Positions 29,202 through 35,237 of a DNA stretch of 35,237 bases are shown here, piece after piece (the first letter of the stretch is position 1; each line of letters opens with the position of its first letter). A model generated the notes under the pieces. The model worked only from the letters and a program-made list of their open reading frames with translations. It did no database searches and had not been told where the DNA came from. Location of the stretch: the NCBI GenBank assembly GCA_963733195.1, contig CAVTCR010000069.1, forward strand, positions 1 through 35,237, written 5' to 3'. This DNA is from an uncultured delta proteobacterium. GTDB lineage: Bacteria > Desulfobacterota > Binatia > Bin18. The position numbers and the translations under genes were made by a program.

Positions 29202-30356
29202 ATGAACAAAGAACCATTTGTGATCTCCGTGTCTGATGCGACACTGACGGACCTGCACGAGCGTCTGACGCGCACCCGTTGGCCTGAAGAATTGGACAAT
29301 GAAAGTTGGCAGTACGGAACGAACCTCGCCTACCTTAAAGAACTGGTGGCCTATTGGCAAACGCAGTATGACTGGCGTCAGCATGAGCGGGAGATGAACG
29401 CCTTTCGCCACTATCAGGTGACCATTGACGGACAACCAATCCATTTCATTCACGAACCCGGACGCGGTCCCAATCCTATGCCGCTAATCTTGACGCATGG
29501 CTGGCCATGGACGTTTTGGGATTTTCACAAAGTGATTCGACCGTTGACTGACCCCGCTGCATTCGGTGGTGATCCCCATGACGCGTTTGATGTGGTCGTG
29601 CCCTCGCTTCCAGGCTTTGGCTTTTCCACGCCGTTAACCAAGACGGGGATCGCGATCCGCGAAGTGTCTGACCGATGGGTAGTCCTGATGCGCGAGGTCT
29701 TGGGTTATAAACGATTTGCCGCTCAGGGTGGAGACATCGGAGCGTTGGTCAGCACCGATCTTGGACATGCGTATGCTAACTATCTGATAGGGGTGCATTT
29801 GAACCTCGCCATCCCGCTGACGATGGAGTTGCCGCCTGAATCCGACTATGACGCCGACGAGAAACATAAGTTTGTCAGCACACAGCGCTTTTTTGCCGAA
29901 GGGCGTGGGTATGCCGCCATGCAGGGGACCAGACCGCAAACGGCGGCGTATGGGCTGACCGACTCGCCAGCGGGATTGTGCGCCTGGATTCTGGAGAAAC
30001 GCCGCTCGTGGAGTGACTGTAGCGGCGATGTTGAACGCCGCTTTAGCAAGGACGAACTGCTGACCACGATGACGCTCTATTGGGTGACAGGGACAATCGG
30101 CACCTCGTTCCGTTCGTATTATGAACGCCGGGTGCATCCTTGGCAGCCCGTGCATCAGCGACAGCCAGTAGTGGAAGCGCCGACCGCGGTAGCGGTGTTT
30201 CCTGGAGATGTGGTCTTGATGCCTCGCCGCTGGGCCGAGCGCTACTACAATCTGCAGCGCTGGACAGTAATGCCACAGGGTGGCCATTTCGCGCCAATGG
30301 AAGAACCCGAACGATTGGTGGACGACGTCCGGGCTTTCTTCCGCGCGCTGCGCTAA
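29202..30356 (+). CDS. Microsomal-type epoxide hydrolase (EHN + alpha/beta hydrolase)
   Basis: DLHERLTRTRWP, YDWR, LTHGWP, PSLPGFGFS, QGGDIG nucleophile, DSPAGL, GGHFAPME. Confidence 0.94.
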   Translation: MNKEPFVISVSDATLTDLHERLTRTRWPEELDNESWQYGTNLAYLKELVAYWQTQYDWRQHEREMNAFRHYQVTIDGQPIHFIHEPGRGPNPMPLILTHGWPWTFWDFHKVIRPLTDPAAFGGDPHDAFDVVVPSLPGFGFSTPLTKTGIAIREVSDRWVVLMREVLGYKRFAAQGGDIGALVSTDLGHAYANYLIGVHLNLAIPLTMELPPESDYDADEKHKFVSTQRFFAEGRGYAAMQGTRPQTAAYGLTDSPAGLCAWILEKRRSWSDCSGDVERRFSKDELLTTMTLYWVTGTIGTSFRSYYERRVHPWQPVHQRQPVVEAPTAVAVFPGDVVLMPRRWAERYYNLQRWTVMPQGGHFAPMEEPERLVDDVRAFFRALR

Positions 30357-30484
30357 GGGGGATTCTTCTATCTTTAGAACTGACGAGAGCAACTTAAGGG
30401 GACGTATGCCAACGAAGGGCACGTTCAGTGCTGTGTCGTCCACATTTGTGTCCCCTCCTTGCTCCTCCCTGTGGTACGGTTCTT

Positions 30485-31573
30485 TTACTGCAGCCCCAAC
30501 AGCCGCGCGGCATTTGCACCCCACACTTGCTCTTTGGCCGCTCGTGTAATTCCGCGTGTGCGAGCGATCAGGCCGACGGGGTCGCCTTCTCCCATATCGA
30601 ACGGATAGTCGGTGCCAAGCAAGACGCGGTCACTCCCAACCGTTGCAACCAGTGCCGCGAGCGTTGTTCCGGTGTAGATCACAGTGTCGTAGTAGAGTTG
30701 GCGTAAATACGAGCTTGGCGGACGTGAAATGGCACGTTGACACTCGGGCCGCACTGTAAACGCATGATCCATGCGCCCAGCATAGTACGGCAGATAGCCG
30801 CCACCATGCGCAACACAGAATTTTAGCCGTGGGTGGCGCTCTAACACGCCGCCGAAGATCATGCGCGAGACCGCAACAGTCGACTCCAACGGCTGACCGA
30901 TCGTGTTAGTGAGGTAATATGCACTTAAACGTCCACCATCAGTAAAACCGATGGGATGCATGAAGATCAACACTCCAAGTTCCTCTGCCTTAGCAAAAAA
31001 CGGCGCAAAACGGGGATCATCGTAGTCTACCCCGTTGACGTTACTGGACACCTCGACAGCCCGCAGGCTGAGCTCCCGCGTGATGCGCTCTAGCTCCTGC
31101 ACCGCACGATCGATGTCCTGCAACGGCACCGTCCCCATCCCGGCAAAGCGGGTGGGATGTGTCTGGACAATCTCTGCTACGCGGTTGTTCTGCATTTGTG
31201 CCAATTGCATACCTAACTCACCGTCAGTCCAGTAGTAGTATTGGGTTGGAGACGGTGAAATGACCTGGATATCGATGCCCATCGCATCCATATCTTTGAG
31301 GCGTTCTTCTGGTGAGGTGAGCTTGGGTGCGACACTGGCAAACATCCGCTGGTTGATGTCCTGGGTCTCTGGCGTGGAGAAGCGCGTGAACGGCTCTTTG
31401 TCGGGCGTAAAAATGTCGCGCACCAGCGGTTGGCAGTCGGGCGTGGCGATGTGGCAGTGAATATCGACGGTGAGTGGTCTGTGCCCACCTCTTTTCCTTG
31501 GCCGTCGACGTGGGCCAGGCATCGCACCCCCTGCTGCACACGAATACAGCAACGTAGAGTTGTAAAGACTCAT
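30485..31573 (-). CDS. Amidohydrolase family 2 (ACMSD-like decarboxylase/hydratase)
   Basis: VDIHCH, RLKDMDAMGIDIQVIS, IFMHP, AHGGGYLPY, GTDYPFDMG, NAARLL. GGAG RBS before ATG 31573. Confidence 0.9.
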   Translation of the reverse strand: MSLYNSTLLYSCAAGGAMPGPRRRPRKRGGHRPLTVDIHCHIATPDCQPLVRDIFTPDKEPFTRFSTPETQDINQRMFASVAPKLTSPEERLKDMDAMGIDIQVISPSPTQYYYWTDGELGMQLAQMQNNRVAEIVQTHPTRFAGMGTVPLQDIDRAVQELERITRELSLRAVEVSSNVNGVDYDDPRFAPFFAKAEELGVLIFMHPIGFTDGGRLSAYYLTNTIGQPLESTVAVSRMIFGGVLERHPRLKFCVAHGGGYLPYYAGRMDHAFTVRPECQRAISRPPSSYLRQLYYDTVIYTGTTLAALVATVGSDRVLLGTDYPFDMGEGDPVGLIARTRGITRAAKEQVWGANAARLLGLQ

Positions 31574-31853
31574 TGCTCCTCCGTTTTCCTTCCGGATTGC
31601 GCACCGAATTAACGCACTGAGCAACTGTGAGCGTGCATCATTGTCTCAACGTTTGCAATGAAGCAATGGGACGGCCCGGCACCAATCCATGAAGGAGTGC
31701 AGGCAAATCACTCGCCGATTCTTAGTGTTTCTGTAGTCGGGTATCAGTGTCGCACCGGCATCGCACAATACTCTTAATTCTAAGCGGCAGCTTCCTTGAC
31801 AAAGCACTCACGCTCAGCGAGAAGGGAGCCGCTCTCTTGGCGAGGGGAACGCC

Positions 31854-33194
31854 ATGTCACCAGTGTCACGACCTTCACGACAGGACCTTGAACAGCAGCA
31901 ACCGACCTTGGATTCACCGCCGCCTCAGCTCGCTCCTGCTGTCGGCGGGCCGTATGCCTACTACGTCCTGGCAGTGCTGTTCGTTGTCTATATTTTTAAT
32001 TTCATCGACCGTCAGATTCTGGCGATCCTACTCGAACCGATCAAGCAAGATCTCAAGATCTCTGATACCGCATTGGGATTCCTGACCGGCTTTGCCTTCG
32101 CCGTGTTCTATACGTTCGCGGGGTTGCCGCTGGCGCGCATCGCGGATCGCTGGGTACGACGCAGTTTGATCGCCATCAGCCTGGCGACCTGGAGCATAAT
32201 GACCGCGTTGTCCGGTTTTGCTCGTAATTTTACCGACCTCGCTCTTGCGCGCATCGGTGTGGGTATTGGAGAGGCTGGGGCCTCGCCACCAGCGCATTCG
32301 CTGCTTTCTGATTACTTTCCGCCGGAGAAACGCGCCACCGTTCTGGCTATCTATGCGAGTGGTATCTATGTCGGTGTCGGCTTAGGCTTCTGGCTCGGCG
32401 GGTGGATCAACGACGCCTATGGCTGGCGTATGGCCTTCTTCGTCGTCGGCCTCCCCGGCCTTCTCATGGCGCTGCTCGTGCGCTTCACTGTGCGTGAACC
32501 GCTCCGAGGCATGAGCGAACACAACGTTACCACTACACAGGCGTATTCCCTTACCGAGACGTGGCGTTTCTTTGCGTCGATACCGACTGGACGCCGTCTT
32601 GCCCTTGCCGCCGGGTTCCATGCGTTTGTGGCTTACGGACTTGGCGCCTGGATTCCCGCGTTCTTCGTGCGTATTCACCATATGACGCCAGGAGAACTCG
32701 GCGGCTGGCTGTCGTGGATCACTGCCCTCGGCGGCGGTGGTGGAACGTTTTTCGGCGGATGGCTTGCGGATCGTTGGGTGCGACGTCAGCCACGGGCGCG
32801 CATGTATATGGGAGTCATCGGCGTGGCGCTTTCCATCCCTACTATCAGCGCCTCGCTGTTACTGGAAAACACACAATGGGCGCTATTAATGTATCTTCCC
32901 GCCAGTGTCTGTAGCACCATCTGGATCGGTCCAGCGTTCGCCACCGCGCAAGATCTTGTTCCCCCTACCATGCGAGCAATGGCCTCCGCCGTATTCCTCT
33001 TTATCACGACGATTATCGGCATGGGCGCGGGCCCGCAGACCGTCGGCATCCTGAATGACCTGATCGGTACGCCGGATGCGATTCGCTACTCACTGCTTGG
33101 TGCCGCCATAATAATGAACGTGATTTCCGTTGTGTTCTTCTGGCTCGCGGCACAATCCCTGGTCGAGGACCTTGAGGCAAAAAAGCGCTTATAA
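31854..33194 (+). CDS. MFS transporter (spinster-like), paralog 1
   Basis: NFIDRQILAIL, ADRW.RR, RIGVGIGEAG, SDYFPPEKRA, GWRMAF; about 12 hydrophobic segments. Confidence 0.93.
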   Translation: MSPVSRPSRQDLEQQQPTLDSPPPQLAPAVGGPYAYYVLAVLFVVYIFNFIDRQILAILLEPIKQDLKISDTALGFLTGFAFAVFYTFAGLPLARIADRWVRRSLIAISLATWSIMTALSGFARNFTDLALARIGVGIGEAGASPPAHSLLSDYFPPEKRATVLAIYASGIYVGVGLGFWLGGWINDAYGWRMAFFVVGLPGLLMALLVRFTVREPLRGMSEHNVTTTQAYSLTETWRFFASIPTGRRLALAAGFHAFVAYGLGAWIPAFFVRIHHMTPGELGGWLSWITALGGGGGTFFGGWLADRWVRRQPRARMYMGVIGVALSIPTISASLLLENTQWALLMYLPASVCSTIWIGPAFATAQDLVPPTMRAMASAVFLFITTIIGMGAGPQTVGILNDLIGTPDAIRYSLLGAAIIMNVISVVFFWLAAQSLVEDLEAKKRL

Positions 33195-33229
33195 GTCTCT
33201 TCCGCCCGAACATATAAAGGGGACAACAG

Positions 33230-34555
33230 ATGCAAACTGTGGAAACGCACCATGAACCCCACCGCTCTCCTGCTCTTGTTGTTCCTGAACCTGCTCCCGA
33301 GGTCGGCGGACCCTACGCCTACTATGTCTTAGGTGTCCTGTTTGTCATGTATCTGTTCAACTTCCTCGATCGGCAGTTATTGGCGATTCTCCTGCAGCCA
33401 ATCAAAGAAGATCTCAAGGTCTCCGACACCGCGATGGGATTTCTGACCGGCTTTGCCTTTGCCGTGTTTTACACCTTTGCTGGATTACCCCTTGCACGAC
33501 TGGCCGACCGTTGGGTGCGACGCAGCTTGATAGCGATCAGCACCGCAACCTGGAGCATCATGACGGTAGCGTGCGGCTTGGCGCAAGGGTTTACCGGCCT
33601 GGCGCTAGCGCGTATCGGCGTTGGTATCGGCGAAGCCGGCGCGACACCGCCAGCGCACTCGCTACTCTCGGATTATTTTCCTCCAGGGAAACGTGCCACC
33701 GTACTGGCGCTCTATGCCTGTGGCGTCCCGGTCGGCTCCGGGTTAGGGTACTGGCTGGGCGGGTGGATCAATGACGCCTTCGGCTGGCGCATGGCGTTCT
33801 TCGTGGTCGGCCTTCCTGGCGTGCTCGTCGCGCTACTTGTGAGATTCACTGTGCGTGAGCCAGTACGCGGCGCCAGCGAACAGCGGCCTCTGAGCGTCCG
33901 CCAGTACACCTTAAGAGAAGTGTGGCAGTTTCTCTCGCAGTTACCGAGTGGACGTCGCATCAGCCTTGCCGCCGCATGCATCGCGTTTGCCGGGTATGGT
34001 CTAGCAGCGTGGATACCGGCGTTCTTTGTCCGCATTCACCATATGACCCCGGGCCAACTTGGGTTGTGGATGTCGTGGATTACGGCCCTTGGTGGAATCA
34101 TCGGTTCATTTTCTGGCGGCGTGATTGCCGATCGTTGGGGTCGCACGCACCCTCGGGCGCGCGCGTACGTCAGCATGAGCGGCGCCCTGCTGTCCATTCC
34201 GTTCAATGTCGCGAGTGTAATGCTCGAAGACCACCGGTTAGCACTCTTAAGTTTCCTACCGGCCACAATCGGCGCGACGCTCTGGTTTGGCCCAGCGACA
34301 TCGATCGTGCAAGACCTCGTGCCTCCGGCTATGCGCGCCACAGCGTCCGCCGTATTCATTTTCATTCTCACCATCATCGGCTTAGGTGCGGGTCCGCAAG
34401 TCATCGGTATTCTCAACGACTGGATCGGCACGCCGGACGCTATTCGCTATTCGTTACTTTTCGTCGCAGTCGCTATGAATCTCTTGGCAGCGTGGTTTTT
34501 CTGGTTGACAGGGAAGACATTGGTAGAGGATTTACGAGCGAAGGAGCAGCTGTAG
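33230..34555 (+). CDS. MFS transporter (spinster-like), paralog 2
   Basis: Same motifs; colinear and highly similar to paralog 1; 35-bp gap. Confidence 0.93.
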   Translation: MQTVETHHEPHRSPALVVPEPAPEVGGPYAYYVLGVLFVMYLFNFLDRQLLAILLQPIKEDLKVSDTAMGFLTGFAFAVFYTFAGLPLARLADRWVRRSLIAISTATWSIMTVACGLAQGFTGLALARIGVGIGEAGATPPAHSLLSDYFPPGKRATVLALYACGVPVGSGLGYWLGGWINDAFGWRMAFFVVGLPGVLVALLVRFTVREPVRGASEQRPLSVRQYTLREVWQFLSQLPSGRRISLAAACIAFAGYGLAAWIPAFFVRIHHMTPGQLGLWMSWITALGGIIGSFSGGVIADRWGRTHPRARAYVSMSGALLSIPFNVASVMLEDHRLALLSFLPATIGATLWFGPATSIVQDLVPPAMRATASAVFIFILTIIGLGAGPQVIGILNDWIGTPDAIRYSLLFVAVAMNLLAAWFFWLTGKTLVEDLRAKEQL

Positions 34556-34647
34556 CAACTGGGGCAAGGAGAGAGGGGAGCAACAGAGAAAATCCGACGG
34601 GGAGAGCTGCTCAACGAACTCGCTACCGACATGTGGCGACGGTCGTA

Positions 34648-34793
34648 CTTGTGAACAGAGGTAGCAGTGAGAATCACTGGATTATTTGCTTGTGCGTCAA
34701 AATATGATGGCTCCCGCGAAATCCGCTGCAGATATTCTAGCTGTGCTCTTCGGAGTATTCGGCACAGGCGTTTGCCGGAGTATCGAGTATCAT
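34648..34793 (-). pseudogene. hicA: Degraded HicA-family toxin (3' boundary approximate)
   Basis: Across frames: SGKRLCRIL, LQRI, RGSHHIL, QANNPVILT, VH. ATG overlaps the hicB stop (ATGA). Confidence 0.65.
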
Positions 34794-35010
34794 ACCTCGA
34801 TCTCTACGATCTGAGCCTCAGTATCTGAGGAGGGACTACGGCTAGCCGCAACCTCAAGCCTAACCCTCCGTCGCTCTCAGTGAACATTAGTCGAGCCGTC
34901 CTCCCTTCGATCGTGTTTCTTCCTTCTGAGACGCAGCCTGGCAAGGCTGGCAATTCGGCCGAAAAGCCTCCTCTCCTTCAGCAGGATGGATGAGTGATTT
35001 TCAGTTTCAT
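34790..35010 (-). pseudogene. hicB: Degraded HicB-family antitoxin
   Basis: Across frames: MKLKI, IHPAE, GGFSAELPALPGCVSEGET, LEVAASRS..EAQIVEIEV*. Multiple indels. Confidence 0.75.
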
Positions 35011-35069
35011 TGCCTTTCTTCTTCTCCTTACTATAGTACACCGCTTTCGTCTCTTGTGTGCTCCTTCTG

Positions 35070-35183
35070 TCAATTGAGTTCATTGAAACATATTGAGCCA
35101 TTGAACCCCATTGTACCATTGAGGCGGATTGCAGGATTGTCCTCAATGACCCCGATCACCCGATGATTCAATGATACTCAATT
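35070..35183. repeat. Degenerate CATTGA/TCAATG short-repeat tract with inverted arrangement
   Basis: About eight xATTGx units at 35072-35140 spaced 8-10 bp apart, followed by reverse-complement units (TCAATG 35143, 35168; TCAATT 35178). Confidence 0.65.
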
Positions 35184-35185
35184 CC

Positions 35186-35237
35186 TCAAATCAACGCTTT
35201 CGCCTCCTGCAAATCTTTTGTATCAAACCCTTCGGTG
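35186..35237 (-). CDS. Extreme C-terminus of a cyclase/AAA-ATPase-TPR type protein (partial, runs off the window)
   Basis: TEGFDTKDLQEAKALI matches the conserved (F)TEGFDTxDLxxAKALL C-terminal motif of these proteins. Confidence 0.75.
   Translation of the reverse strand, partial: TEGFDTKDLQEAKALI

Noticed and set aside
1-35237. tRNA, rRNA, prophage or integrase genes
   Set aside because: None recognised on either strand.

Overview
GC-rich bacterial accessory region. It contains mostly catabolic and redox genes: a Baeyer-Villiger monooxygenase, LLM oxidoreductases, three amidohydrolases, an amidase, LigA- and LigB-like extradiol dioxygenase subunits, an epoxide hydrolase, an SMP-30 lactonase, NIPSNAP and two MFS paralogs. 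It also has a secreted metzincin with a small secreted partner and a class III adenylate cyclase-TPR gene. Mobile and selfish content comprises four IS elements or remnants (three with readable ends), three toxin-antitoxin loci (one degraded), a solitary attC-like site and several REP-like palindromes. Many genes carry single-base indels, often in homopolymers, consistent with an imperfectly polished long-read assembly, so some pseudogene calls may be artefacts. Three observations stand out. (1) An IS5-like (DDE_Tnp_4-type) element sits between two copies of a 201-bp segment of the amidase gene. (2) ligA and ligB lie 9.6 kb apart, each beside a copy of the same ~125-bp divergent intergenic segment, and the ligA-side copy is followed by a tiny ligB fossil that differs from the intact gene only at wobble positions, suggesting duplication followed by reciprocal gene loss. 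(3) A possible TIMP/NTR-like partner gene lies directly upstream of an MMP-like protease. All family assignments come from motif recognition by eye, not database searches.
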